Positions 16,833 through 26,517 of a DNA stretch of 32,000 bases are shown piece by piece. Position 1 is the first letter of the stretch. Each line of letters opens with the position of its first letter. The notes under the pieces are model-generated. The model was given only the letters and a program-made list of their open reading frames with translations, made no database searches and was not told where the DNA came from. The DNA lies in contig NJBF01000008.1 in assembly GCA_003144275.1 (NCBI GenBank), positions 30,001 through 62,000 on the forward strand, in the 5' to 3' direction. Position numbers and translations under genes: made by a program. The DNA is from Candidatus Heimdallarchaeota archaeon B3_Heim. Its GTDB lineage: Archaea; Asgardarchaeota; Heimdallarchaeia; Hodarchaeales; Hodarchaeaceae.

Positions 16833-17897
16833 ATGGTTAATTTTGATTTAAATTCGTTAAAACAGACCCAACGTGAATTATCCGAAATTATTGGCGTTTC
16901 AGGACATGAAGCACCTGTTGTTGATTATATAAAAGCCCAAATTGAAGGATTAGTCGATAAAATGTGGGTTGACCCCTTGGGTTCATTACTGGTGGTAAAA
17001 AAAGGAGCGAATCCAACGGAGAAAATTTTGCTTGATGCACACATGGATGAAATTGGATTTATGATAAGCTATATTGAACCTAAAGGATTCTTACGTTTTG
17101 TCCCAATTGGCGGATGGGATAGTCGTATATTACTTGGCCAAGCCGTTAAAATTCTTGGAAAGGACAATAGAACATATGATGGCATAACTGGATCTAAACC
17201 TCCTCATTTAACTACACAGGAAGAACGTAAAATTGCTGTAAACATCTCGGATATGTACATCGACACAGGAATGTCAGCAGAGCAAATTGATAAAGCAGAA
17301 ATTCATATTGGATCAGTAGGAACCCTATATGATCCGTTTGTCGAATTTCCAAACGATATGATTAGAGGAAAAGCTTTCGATGATAGAACAGGAGTAAATG
17401 TCCTAATTCAAATAATTAAAGAATTTTCAGAAATAAAACACGAGGATACACTTCTATTTAGTTTTACTATGGGAGAAGAAGTAGGAGGTAGAGGTGCAGG
17501 TCCTGCTGCTTTCTCTTTGGATCCAACATTAGCGATAGCAATCGAAAACACAACTGCTGCAGATGTACCAGGAATTCGTGATTCAGAATGTCCAGCATAT
17601 ATTGGAAAAGGGCCAGCAATCTCAGTTGCAGATCGATCAATGATCGCACATCCCAAAGTCAATAATCGATTAATTTTGAATGCAGAACATGAGAAAATTC
17701 CTTTTCATATGAAAAAACCGATCTTTGGGGGTACAAATGCTGGTATCATTCATAAATCACGGGCAGGTATTCCATCCTCGGTTGTTTCCGTACCTTGTCG
17801 TTATATTCACTCACCCACATCCTTATTATCATTAAATGACATTTACCATACAGTTCAATTAATCTCAGCATTTATTCGTAATCCTACGTCTTCTTGA
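16833..17897 (+). CDS. M42 family (TET/FrvX-type) aminopeptidase
   Basis: AHMDEIG, KAFDDRTG, GEEVGGRGA, IENT, RYIH. Start moved to ATG 16833 (AGGTG at 16823-16827). Confidence 0.92.
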   Translation: MVNFDLNSLKQTQRELSEIIGVSGHEAPVVDYIKAQIEGLVDKMWVDPLGSLLVVKKGANPTEKILLDAHMDEIGFMISYIEPKGFLRFVPIGGWDSRILLGQAVKILGKDNRTYDGITGSKPPHLTTQEERKIAVNISDMYIDTGMSAEQIDKAEIHIGSVGTLYDPFVEFPNDMIRGKAFDDRTGVNVLIQIIKEFSEIKHEDTLLFSFTMGEEVGGRGAGPAAFSLDPTLAIAIENTTAADVPGIRDSECPAYIGKGPAISVADRSMIAHPKVNNRLILNAEHEKIPFHMKKPIFGGTNAGIIHKSRAGIPSSVVSVPCRYIHSPTSLLSLNDIYHTVQLISAFIRNPTSS

Positions 17898-17993
17898 TTG
17901 CTGGAAATATTGGAAGTTTTGTTCAAGTAAGAATTTAATCAGATGCAAAGAATCATAAATAGGTGAGGTTAGAGATTTGGCAATGAATGGAGA

Positions 17994-20369
17994 TTGTGGA
18001 TATTGACTGAAGAATCAGTAATTTGGGATTTAAAAGATATCAAGAGTAAAGATCCTGATGTAAAATGGACTGCCGTTAATAACCTCAGTAAGTTCCTGAA
18101 TAATAACCCTGAGAATTTCCGTTCTCGGATGATCATTAAATCATTTCTAACAATGATTAACGATCCGCATGCTGGTATACGGGAAACAATTTTTTCAACA
18201 TTGATACAAAAACTTCAACCCCAGCAATTAGAAGGGTTAATAAAGCGTGGATTGGAAGATTCAAGTCCAAGTATTCGTTCGCTAAGTTTAGAATGGTTAA
18301 ATTCCACGAATCACAGCTCTGTCACTTCACAAGCAGTATTAGCACTACAAGACCCGAGTGAGGCCGTCTGTAAAATAGCACTAGATATTGTCGTTGCACG
18401 GAATATCAAAGGTGTGGAACAGAGACTGTTAGAACTACTTAAGAAAGAAAAAGGTGGCCTACGGCGAACTGTTATTTACGCTCTAGGAAAGATACAGACT
18501 GCTGAAGCTATAGGTACTCTAATTGAAATAATGAGGAATCCTGATTTTGACGATTGGACCAGAAATCAAGCTAGCTCTGCATTAGAACATTTAGGAGGAA
18601 AAGAATTAGTAGTTCCTTTTATTGAAAATTTAACTGATGAAAATGATTATGTCCGTCAAACTGCTGCAGCCTTTCTAAAGAAAAATGAAAGTGATGTCAC
18701 TTCGGTAATTTTAATGAACGCAAAATTGGATTATGTTGCACTAATTCAACACGCCACCTCAGTCACTAAACAGGATTTTAGTTTGACGGTAAAAACGCTC
18801 AAAACTCAAATGTCAGAAAGTATTCATTCATTAAATTTACAGCTTCAGGAACGTGAGAAATTTTCTCTGACTGATCTAACAGAAGAATGGGGAGCATCTA
18901 TTATTGCTTCAAGAATAATTCTTGATGATTTCTTAGATCTGAGGCTTTTTCCACAACCTGAAGACGTTTATTATACTGAAAAGGGATTAAAGAGTATTTT
19001 AAAGGACAAATTTGCAGAAAAGAACTCTCTTGTACTTAAAGATGTTATACAGGTTCCCCCACTCGACAGAGTAGATCACGAGATTATTAAGGAATTATTA
19101 AGCACCATTGAGGATATTAAATGTGTTTCTTCAGATTTATATATTCTTGATCAAACTTTTATTGAAATATCAGAGAATTTTGGTATAAGTGGTCTATTAC
19201 CTTTACAAAAAATTAGCACTGATTTACACCAATCTTTAGAAGTCGTTTCACGAGAATTTAAGGAAAATTTAGTTCCCAATGATAATGGCTGGTTAAATAA
19301 TAAGGATGAATATCTAACCCTTAAGTTTATAAGTCAAAAATCACTGGAATTTCTTAACCAATACCATATAATTGATTTAAATCAATTTCTGGCGAGTTTA
19401 GGGAGTCCAAAAGTTGAATTCTCAATTTTGAGGAATATAATTGAACGACACTCGCAAGGTAAGTGGTTGGACGATATCCAAGTATATATTACTAGTGAGG
19501 AATTTAAAGAAATCGAAGAAAATTCTATTAGAATTGATGAAGAGCGAGTCAGTCATTTAATCTCAGCTATAAACATGAAATTTCCTAAATTTCTAGAAAA
19601 TTTGCAGAAAGTACTGGAGATAGACACATATCAATCTTCAGAAGGTCAATTGATTTCATTAGAAAGTCTATATCCTCTAATTCATCAGGAAATTGAAGAA
19701 AAAAAATATATTATACTCGAAGAATTTCTGAAAGAGAATAGCCTAGAATCAAGTGTAAAATCTATGATTCTAGAATATCTAAATAAGAATTATCAAGGAA
19801 GAACTGATGAAAAGGTTGCTCATTTTTGCACAAACGAATTATTACGAGAAGTACAAAAAGAATTTCAGAATCAGACTAGGATTAATTATGATGTTCTTGG
19901 ATTCAAACTTAATCTACCAATAAACATAATGCAAACTATTATTCTAAATATTCTGAAAATATCTGGAATCCATAATAATCTCGGAGAATTTATTACCCTT
20001 GAAGGAGTAAAAACCGAGTATACACAAATTATTGCTCATAAAGCAGAGTTTCCTATGGCAACTCTTCTAGAAATTCTCGAAGTTATTGATAATCAAAAAG
20101 CTGTCAGAATTATCGAAGATAAAATAAAATCAGATCCAGCGATTTATTTATCCGTAAATGGTAGACAAATCCGGACCCACCGTCGGGGTATTGAAATTGT
20201 TAATAGATTTCTAAAAAGATCCACCAACCTAACAAGAAGGAGTATTTCTTTTTCGGAAATTAGTCAAGAAACAGAAATTTCTCAACCTGACATAGAAACA
20301 ATTCTCAATACTCTTGTAGACAAAAATCTAGTGCCTGGAAGAGTTGAAAAAAATAAGTACGTTCAATAA
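17994..20369 (+). CDS. HEAT-repeat protein with a C-terminal tandem winged-helix array
   Basis: First about 230 aa are HEAT/PBS-lyase-like repeats (LEDSSPSIRSLSLEWL, LRRTVIYALGKI, LTDENDYVRQTAAAFL). The remainder has about 55-60 aa periodicity and ends in a PCI-like wH (ISFSEISQET..LVPGRV). Confidence 0.75.
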   Translation: MWILTEESVIWDLKDIKSKDPDVKWTAVNNLSKFLNNNPENFRSRMIIKSFLTMINDPHAGIRETIFSTLIQKLQPQQLEGLIKRGLEDSSPSIRSLSLEWLNSTNHSSVTSQAVLALQDPSEAVCKIALDIVVARNIKGVEQRLLELLKKEKGGLRRTVIYALGKIQTAEAIGTLIEIMRNPDFDDWTRNQASSALEHLGGKELVVPFIENLTDENDYVRQTAAAFLKKNESDVTSVILMNAKLDYVALIQHATSVTKQDFSLTVKTLKTQMSESIHSLNLQLQEREKFSLTDLTEEWGASIIASRIILDDFLDLRLFPQPEDVYYTEKGLKSILKDKFAEKNSLVLKDVIQVPPLDRVDHEIIKELLSTIEDIKCVSSDLYILDQTFIEISENFGISGLLPLQKISTDLHQSLEVVSREFKENLVPNDNGWLNNKDEYLTLKFISQKSLEFLNQYHIIDLNQFLASLGSPKVEFSILRNIIERHSQGKWLDDIQVYITSEEFKEIEENSIRIDEERVSHLISAINMKFPKFLENLQKVLEIDTYQSSEGQLISLESLYPLIHQEIEEKKYIILEEFLKENSLESSVKSMILEYLNKNYQGRTDEKVAHFCTNELLREVQKEFQNQTRINYDVLGFKLNLPINIMQTIILNILKISGIHNNLGEFITLEGVKTEYTQIIAHKAEFPMATLLEILEVIDNQKAVRIIEDKIKSDPAIYLSVNGRQIRTHRRGIEIVNRFLKRSTNLTRRSISFSEISQETEISQPDIETILNTLVDKNLVPGRVEKNKYVQ

Positions 20370-20395
20370 TACCTATTTTGTGGACAAACAGGAAA

Positions 20396-21115
20396 ATGAG
20401 CAATCCTCTAACCATAATTGTAGATCATCGAGAACCTGCAGAAATTAAAAAGAGATTAATTAAATTAGGTATGGAGATCAAGGAAGAACAGTTAGACATC
20501 GCCGATTATGTCTTATCTGATACAGTTGCCTGTGAACGTAAGACAGGAGCAGACTTAATCTCTTCAATTATGGATAATCGTCTTTTTGAACAGATAGATA
20601 GATTAATTGAAACATACGATCAACCAATATTAATTGTAGAGAATTTAGAAACGGCATTCGAACGTACTGAATGGAAAAAGCGAAAAAAACATGTTTTTGG
20701 AGCCTTAACTTATATATTTTTGAGAAGACAAGTACCAGTCGTACCTACTACTCGGAAGAGTGAAACGGCTATTCTTTTAAATCGAATCGCATCCTGGACG
20801 CAAGAAGAAAAATCTGACCCCTTGATTGCCAGAAAATCTCCAAAAAAACGGACACTTAGAGAAGATCAGCTATTCTTTCTTCAAGGATTGTACAATACTG
20901 GACAGAAAAAAGGAGAAATTTTACTCGATTCGTTTAAGAATAGTCCAGAAAAAGTATTAAATTCGATTCTCCAAACAGATGTAGTGTATACGAAAACAGG
21001 TAATCCTAAGGGACTCGAAGGACCAATGAAATCTCTAGAAGGATTTGGTCCAAAATATGTAATACAAAATCAACGTTTACTTCGATCCTCGGCGAAAGAT
21101 GAAGCAAAAAAATAA
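20396..21115 (+). CDS. xpf: Short-form XPF/ERCC4 structure-specific endonuclease
   Basis: IVDHRE, ADY, catalytic ERKT..DL..SI.DNRLFEQ, two HhH motifs (QGLYNTGQKK; EGFGPK). No fused helicase. Confidence 0.9.
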   Translation: MSNPLTIIVDHREPAEIKKRLIKLGMEIKEEQLDIADYVLSDTVACERKTGADLISSIMDNRLFEQIDRLIETYDQPILIVENLETAFERTEWKKRKKHVFGALTYIFLRRQVPVVPTTRKSETAILLNRIASWTQEEKSDPLIARKSPKKRTLREDQLFFLQGLYNTGQKKGEILLDSFKNSPEKVLNSILQTDVVYTKTGNPKGLEGPMKSLEGFGPKYVIQNQRLLRSSAKDEAKK

Positions 21116-21131
21116 TCACTTTCATTCATTG

Positions 21132-21395
21132 TCAATGCCAACTACACTGAACTTGTTCATCAAAGGCACGCAAATCCGTTAAATCCTTATTTGCTTCACG
21201 AAGGAAATTTATAATACATTCCACTGGTTGAATCTTTGTACAAACAGTTATCCAGGCGCAATCCAATTCACAAAATGGAAAAGGCATTATTTCCAGCTTT
21301 TTTCTTATTCTATTCAGCTCTTCCATAAGGAGTCTGTGTGTTGAACTATGTGACTTACCTACTCTTCCAAAATCGAGCTTAAAATCGGAATTCAT
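21132..21395 (-). CDS. Small hypothetical protein with a Cys cluster
   Basis: 87 aa; C-x3-C-x5-C-x7-C (CELDCAWITVCTKIQPVEC); TATA-like TTTTTATAAA at 21436-21427 upstream on the minus strand. Confidence 0.6.
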   Translation of the reverse strand: MNSDFKLDFGRVGKSHSSTHRLLMEELNRIRKKLEIMPFPFCELDCAWITVCTKIQPVECIINFLREANKDLTDLRAFDEQVQCSWH

Positions 21396-21524
21396 TTCAC
21401 AGTCAGGTTCTTAGAAACATATAGGATTTATAAAAACTTCTATGACATTTATATAGGAATACACAGAGAGAGATCACTGATTATGACGAAAATGAACATT
21501 TCGGCTGCACACAGAATGATCATT

Positions 21525-22331
21525 TCATTTGGGCATTTCATAACTGTAGCTGAGATCTGGGAATGATTTGTTTCGTACTTCTTTGTTATACTCTTGGATT
21601 GCAGATAATATCTGATCCTTGAGATTAGCGTATCTTTTAACAAATTTAGCCTTGAAATCAAAATAACCAAGCATATCATAAGTTACCAGGACTTGTCCAG
21701 AGCAATAAGGGCCAGCACCAATCCCAATAGTGGGAATAGATATCGATTCAGTAATTTCTTTAGCAACTTCCCATGGAATAGCTTCTAATACTAATGAAAA
21801 AATTCCTGCTTCCTCTAAAGCACGAGCCTCTTCAACTAACTTCTTTGCCGTTTCTTCTGATCTACCTTGTACCTTAAACCCACCGAATTTATGAAAAGAC
21901 TGAGGTGTTAAACCCAAATGGCCCATGACAGGAATTCCTGCATCCAATATTCCTTCAATCGCTGAAATACGTTCACTACCTCCTTCTAGTTTGATAGCTT
22001 CAGCACGTCCTAATTGCATCAGTTTTACCGAGTTTTTAATTGCTTCTTCACGTGAGACTTGAAACGTTCCAAAAGGAAGATCTCCAATCACCATGGCTGA
22101 TTTGGCACCCCTAGCTACAGCTTGTGTATGTCGGATAGAATCTTCCAAAGTTACCTGTAGGGTGGTTTTTTGGCCGTAAACTACCATACCCATAGTATCG
22201 CCTACTAAAAGCATGTCAGTTTCAGCCTCATTAAGAATAGAGGCCATTACATAATCATACGCTGTAAGCATAGTAATTTTTTTTCCAGAATCATACATTT
22301 CCATTATATCTAATACTGTTTTCTTTTTCAA
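21525..22331 (-). CDS. panB: 3-methyl-2-oxobutanoate hydroxymethyltransferase
   Basis: MLTAYD, LVGD, GDLPFG, KLEGG, GHLGLTPQS, IGIGAG. TTG start with SD AGGTGA at 22341-22336. Confidence 0.97.
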   Translation of the reverse strand: MKKKTVLDIMEMYDSGKKITMLTAYDYVMASILNEAETDMLLVGDTMGMVVYGQKTTLQVTLEDSIRHTQAVARGAKSAMVIGDLPFGTFQVSREEAIKNSVKLMQLGRAEAIKLEGGSERISAIEGILDAGIPVMGHLGLTPQSFHKFGGFKVQGRSEETAKKLVEEARALEEAGIFSLVLEAIPWEVAKEITESISIPTIGIGAGPYCSGQVLVTYDMLGYFDFKAKFVKRYANLKDQILSAIQEYNKEVRNKSFPDLSYSYEMPK

Positions 22332-22340
22332 ATCTTCACC

Positions 22341-23123
22341 TCATATTACTAATTTATCACTAGTCGCTAAAGTATTCAAACGCTCTGACATAAACTTTAA
22401 AGCATCTTGTAGAAGTTTTTCATTACTATAGTGTTTCAATCGCTCTTTCAGTTGATTTTTGGGGAGTTGAACGAATTCCTCGGCATATTTTATCATTTCA
22501 GGTACTGCTCTGATTAAATTATTCGTAATCGAAACGTTTGCTGTGAGCGATGTACGAGATATTGGATTAAGATCAACAGTTACAACCGATTTATTCATTC
22601 GCCTTAAAGCCTGAGTGCGATCTCCATCCTCTAATGGCACAAACACGCAATCTGAAATGGCAATACCCCTAGAATCTACTATACGTCTAAGATGAGAGAT
22701 TTCTGCTATAGTTTCTTGATATTCTGGATCAAGTCCTAATATCAAACCAGCCCCTGCGTCTATTAATTTCTTTTTTATCGCCTGTTCTCTCTCCTGTGAT
22801 CGATAAAATAGATTAATTTCAAGTGGAGCTTTTAGAATGTTGCTAAGATCTACAATTTCCTTCGGACATAGAGCTGCGACATTTCCGTTCACAGAAATTA
22901 TGGGTTTACCCGCTGAAAGAAGATATAGTACAGCAAATTCTTCCTGTTTGAGGGCAAACTTTGGAGTATTCTCACCCAGGATATAATCAAAAGCCTCGCC
23001 TCTTCCATGAGCGATTAGTCCTGCCTCTGCAACAATTTTTTGATGCATCCCACTAATGATAGCATCTCGAACGGTCAACGATACATAACATGGGTGATCT
23101 TTTGGAATTTCATGATTTGACAT
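22341..23123 (-). CDS. pps: Archaeal 4-phosphopantoate--beta-alanine ligase (phosphopantothenate synthetase)
   Basis: AHGRGEAFDYILGE, ISVNGN, VPLEDGDRT, DLNPISRT. ATG 23123 shares a base with the upstream TAA (TAATG), so it is preferred over 23153. Confidence 0.95.
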   Translation of the reverse strand: MSNHEIPKDHPCYVSLTVRDAIISGMHQKIVAEAGLIAHGRGEAFDYILGENTPKFALKQEEFAVLYLLSAGKPIISVNGNVAALCPKEIVDLSNILKAPLEINLFYRSQEREQAIKKKLIDAGAGLILGLDPEYQETIAEISHLRRIVDSRGIAISDCVFVPLEDGDRTQALRRMNKSVVTVDLNPISRTSLTANVSITNNLIRAVPEMIKYAEEFVQLPKNQLKERLKHYSNEKLLQDALKFMSERLNTLATSDKLVI

Positions 23124-24007
23124 TAACTTGTCCTCTTTATTGTTGTTGTACATATAGTTTCTGGATGAATTAGGTCAGGAGAGATATTCACCTCAGCCAG
23201 TTCGTCTTCTTCATGATAAAATAAGAATAAAGCATCGCCTAACATAATTTGGGCACCGATAACATTTGTAGGAAGATTGGTCAATATAGTTTGAAGTTGA
23301 GGAGACCACAATTGGACCCCACGAGTAAATTCTGATGTATAATGAACAAAATGATCGAATTCAGGTTCTTTAATTAAAGCCTCAATTAATTTCGAGCTAG
23401 TCCTATTGACCGATACTCGTCGTACTGGATCTGATAATATGGAGGAGGTGGAAATAGTTCCTAAGGATACAGTAGCAAATTTCCAATCATCTTCCTTACG
23501 CATAGCTATGGTCTTACCATATCCAGGAGCACCTTCCTTGGTTCGTATTTCTAACCCTCCTTGAAATAAACCAATCACATCACCCAAACCGGATTTTGTC
23601 AAGACTTCTGCTTTATGGGCAACTTGAAATAACTCAAGAGTGCTTAAGTCAAGCTCAAAATATTCATTTATGCAATAAGCTGTTCCCAAAGCTCCAGCAG
23701 CAGAGGCACCAAAACCACTCTTGGTAGGTACTTCGAAATTATGACTTATGAGAAAGTTTCTTTGATCTCTCTCGGGAACTAGTAAATTGATAATTTTAAC
23801 TGTTACCATAGAATTCGATAATGCTTGTTGTTGCTCATTAAATAGTACAATTACTGAGGAGCTATCAGATTCCTGTATCGAAGTCGTTACTCCTCTTTGT
23901 ATGGATATACCAGCCCCCCTTGATCCAATTTTTAATAATTCGCTAGATTGGTCTATTATTTCAAAAAGTCCAGTGAGATGGGCAGCTACCCAGAATTCAG
24001 ACTTCAT
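23123..24007 (-). CDS. pok: Archaeal pantoate kinase (GHMP kinase family)
   Basis: AAHLTGLF, GSRGAGI, GHMP loop PTKSGFGASAAG, SGLGDV, GG.EIRTKEGAPG; position within the CoA operon. Confidence 0.92.
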   Translation of the reverse strand: MKSEFWVAAHLTGLFEIIDQSSELLKIGSRGAGISIQRGVTTSIQESDSSSVIVLFNEQQQALSNSMVTVKIINLLVPERDQRNFLISHNFEVPTKSGFGASAAGALGTAYCINEYFELDLSTLELFQVAHKAEVLTKSGLGDVIGLFQGGLEIRTKEGAPGYGKTIAMRKEDDWKFATVSLGTISTSSILSDPVRRVSVNRTSSKLIEALIKEPEFDHFVHYTSEFTRGVQLWSPQLQTILTNLPTNVIGAQIMLGDALFLFYHEEDELAEVNISPDLIHPETICTTTIKRTS

Positions 24008-24025
24008 GGTTAGATTAACTCAAAT

Positions 24026-24943
24026 CTAGTGATGATTTCTTTCGAGATGTCGGATCAAATCTGTAATTGCCGAATTAATAGGTGCGTTCAATCCATATGA
24101 TCGACTTTCTCTTGCAATAAATCCGTTCATGAAATCGATCTCTGTGCGACGTCCTCGTTCAACATCCTGAAGCATACTGCACTTATTATCTTGAGTTTTA
24201 TTGATCACTTCTTTAATAAAATCACGAGAAGCAGAAAAATCTTCATCTGGAAGAAGATGAGTTGCTAGCGCTATTCCTTCATCTAAGATTGCATTAAATA
24301 TACGTACAAAAGATGGCCGCTTCAATATTTCACCATTCTTCGAATGAAGTATTGTACCCAGAGGGCAGATGGCAGCATTAGCAAGGAGTTTATACCACAT
24401 TTTCAGCTGGATATTCTGAGTTTCCTTAATTTGAAAACCCGAAGAAGAAAGAATTTTTTCGACTTGACTACTAAATCCGTTTCCTTTACCTGAAACAATC
24501 CCAAAAGAAGTCTTACCGAATGCAACATGTTTTACAACAGCTGGTTGTATCAACTCTGCTGCTTCTGTAGTAACGGCTCGATAAATTGGATTTTCTGGTA
24601 AGACTTTTTTAAATATATCCTCATTTCCCATTCCATTCTGGATTAAAAAAATAGGAGTTTCAATATTTAAGCCGTTAGATAAAGATTCTGCTACTGTTTG
24701 ATTATCGTAAGCTTTTGTAGTAACAAATATTGCATCAGAATTTTGTTTAGTCGGGTTGTATTCAGTTTTTGCTGGGAAATATGAAACAATATTGGTTCCC
24801 TGTTCTAGAATTGTGAGTCCTTTTTCTTGGATTTTTTTTATGTGAGCTTTTCGTCCTACAACATCGACATCAAATCCTGAGTAGGCAACTCTTCCTGCAA
24901 ATAAAGAACCGATACTTCCTGCTCCAATAACAGATATATTCAT
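24026..24943 (-). CDS. panE: 2-dehydropantoate 2-reductase
   Basis: Rossmann GAGSIG, TKAYD, QNGMG, KLLANAAI, SMLQD..RRTEIDFMNG. Confidence 0.95.
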   Translation of the reverse strand: MNISVIGAGSIGSLFAGRVAYSGFDVDVVGRKAHIKKIQEKGLTILEQGTNIVSYFPAKTEYNPTKQNSDAIFVTTKAYDNQTVAESLSNGLNIETPIFLIQNGMGNEDIFKKVLPENPIYRAVTTEAAELIQPAVVKHVAFGKTSFGIVSGKGNGFSSQVEKILSSSGFQIKETQNIQLKMWYKLLANAAICPLGTILHSKNGEILKRPSFVRIFNAILDEGIALATHLLPDEDFSASRDFIKEVINKTQDNKCSMLQDVERGRRTEIDFMNGFIARESRSYGLNAPINSAITDLIRHLERNHH

Positions 24944-26193
24944 TGTAAATCCTTCCTCCTATTGAACTCTACTGAAATTATATTTGCTAGCTCATGCCCG
25001 AGAGTTTGCTTTGACCCCTTTAATTCAAGAACTTCCTGCTGGTCTCTTACAATGAATAATTCATTAGTTTTGGACACAAATCCTTTATTTGCTTCTCCAA
25101 CCCAATTTGCACACACAATATTCACTTTATTCTCTTCTAGAAACTGAGCTGCACGAGAAATCAGTTTTTTTTTACTAATACCAACTTCTGCCTTATAGGT
25201 AACAATAAAGAGAGACGGAAATTCGTTTCTTATTGTCTTCACAATCTTCATTGTAGGTTTTAACGAAATTGATAATTCATTCTGGCGGGACGGAATCTTT
25301 CCTTGTTGAAAGGTTGGTTGATAATCAGCTACAGCAGCTACAGAAATTAGCCCATCCACCTTTCCATTCGATAGTTGCTCTTTTACTTGCTGGTACATTT
25401 CGGAGGTAGATCTAACCACCGTTACTGAAGACGAAATAAGTTTCTGATCTATTGTATTTCCTTCTCCGAGGATGAATGAAACGTCTGCACCTAGCTTCTG
25501 CAATGCTTTTACAACATAAAGGGCTGACAATCCACTGGAAGGATTGGAAAGGAATCTAACATCATCAAAATACTCACGAGTTGCTCCACCCGTCACAATA
25601 AATTTAGTACCTTGTAACGGACGAGGAGCACTTAATAATGAAAATATCTGATCCATTAATCTCTCTAAGGGGGGAAATTTGTGTTTTTTCTCCTCTTCAT
25701 CACTTGAGAGAAAGTGTACGTCTAAGTGCTTGAGATACTCCATGTTTTTCTGGGTTATAGGGTTGTCAAGTAATACATTATGGGCTGCAGGAACGATAAG
25801 GCACGGAATATTTGCTCCAATGCTGGCTAAAGCCGTTAAAGAAACTGGACCATCAGCAACCCCAGATGCAAGTTTAGAGATGGTATTAGCCGTGGCAGGA
25901 CACAGTAAGTATAAATCTACCTTTTGTTCTGGATCCACGCTCCACTTAATATGTTCGGATAATCCTGAAATTTCAGTATAAGGAAGTTTGCCCATTGACC
26001 ATGTCAAAGAATCGACAGTAACAAATCGTAAGGCATCTTCAGAAAGAACTACAATAGGTTCTCCAGAATGACGAAGAATTTCCCGCACTAAATGGGGGGT
26101 TTCGATTGCAGCGATCGAACCTGTAACGCCAATTAGGATACGCTTACCCTCTAAAAGCTTACCCTTGGTTCCATAAATTTCGGCGATGCTCAT
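24940..26193 (-). CDS. coaBC: Bifunctional phosphopantothenoylcysteine decarboxylase/synthetase
   Basis: GVTGSIAA, PATANTISKLASG, TGGATREYFDDVRFLSNPSSG, AAVADY, KAE. ATGA overlap with panE. Confidence 0.95.
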   Translation of the reverse strand: MSIAEIYGTKGKLLEGKRILIGVTGSIAAIETPHLVREILRHSGEPIVVLSEDALRFVTVDSLTWSMGKLPYTEISGLSEHIKWSVDPEQKVDLYLLCPATANTISKLASGVADGPVSLTALASIGANIPCLIVPAAHNVLLDNPITQKNMEYLKHLDVHFLSSDEEEKKHKFPPLERLMDQIFSLLSAPRPLQGTKFIVTGGATREYFDDVRFLSNPSSGLSALYVVKALQKLGADVSFILGEGNTIDQKLISSSVTVVRSTSEMYQQVKEQLSNGKVDGLISVAAVADYQPTFQQGKIPSRQNELSISLKPTMKIVKTIRNEFPSLFIVTYKAEVGISKKKLISRAAQFLEENKVNIVCANWVGEANKGFVSKTNELFIVRDQQEVLELKGSKQTLGHELANIISVEFNRRKDLQ

Positions 26194-26517
26194 TATAAAA
26201 GGTTCCTAGCGTGTATTACATTTCCTTAGTGCTCTATTGATATTTTATCCTATTATTCTTTTAAGAATCAGGGTTATGCATGGAAAATTTGAATATACAG
26301 AATATACTTTCATTCTTTCACAAAGTATTTACAAATTAAACATCCAGAATACTCTGAGTGAAAACTGGTTTACGCAATCCTATCTCCAGATTAGAAATCA
26401 TATTTTGAATAGCTGAAAAATGGTGAAAACTCATAAAGACATAATATTGACCGATCTGTACTAGGGAATAAGTAAGTTAATGCTATATTCTTAATAAAAG
26501 CACATGAGAAAGTATTA

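Noticed and set aside
21477-21508. CTGA-TT-ATGACGA, resembling a D'/C' pair
   Set aside because: No matching box C upstream and no CTGA box D downstream (CTGC only).
26276-26416. 46-codon plus-strand ORF (MHGKFEYTE..) in the coaBC/TSUP divergent gap
   Set aside because: No clear SD or recognisable motif, and it lies in a promoter region; compatible with chance. Ribo-seq would settle it.
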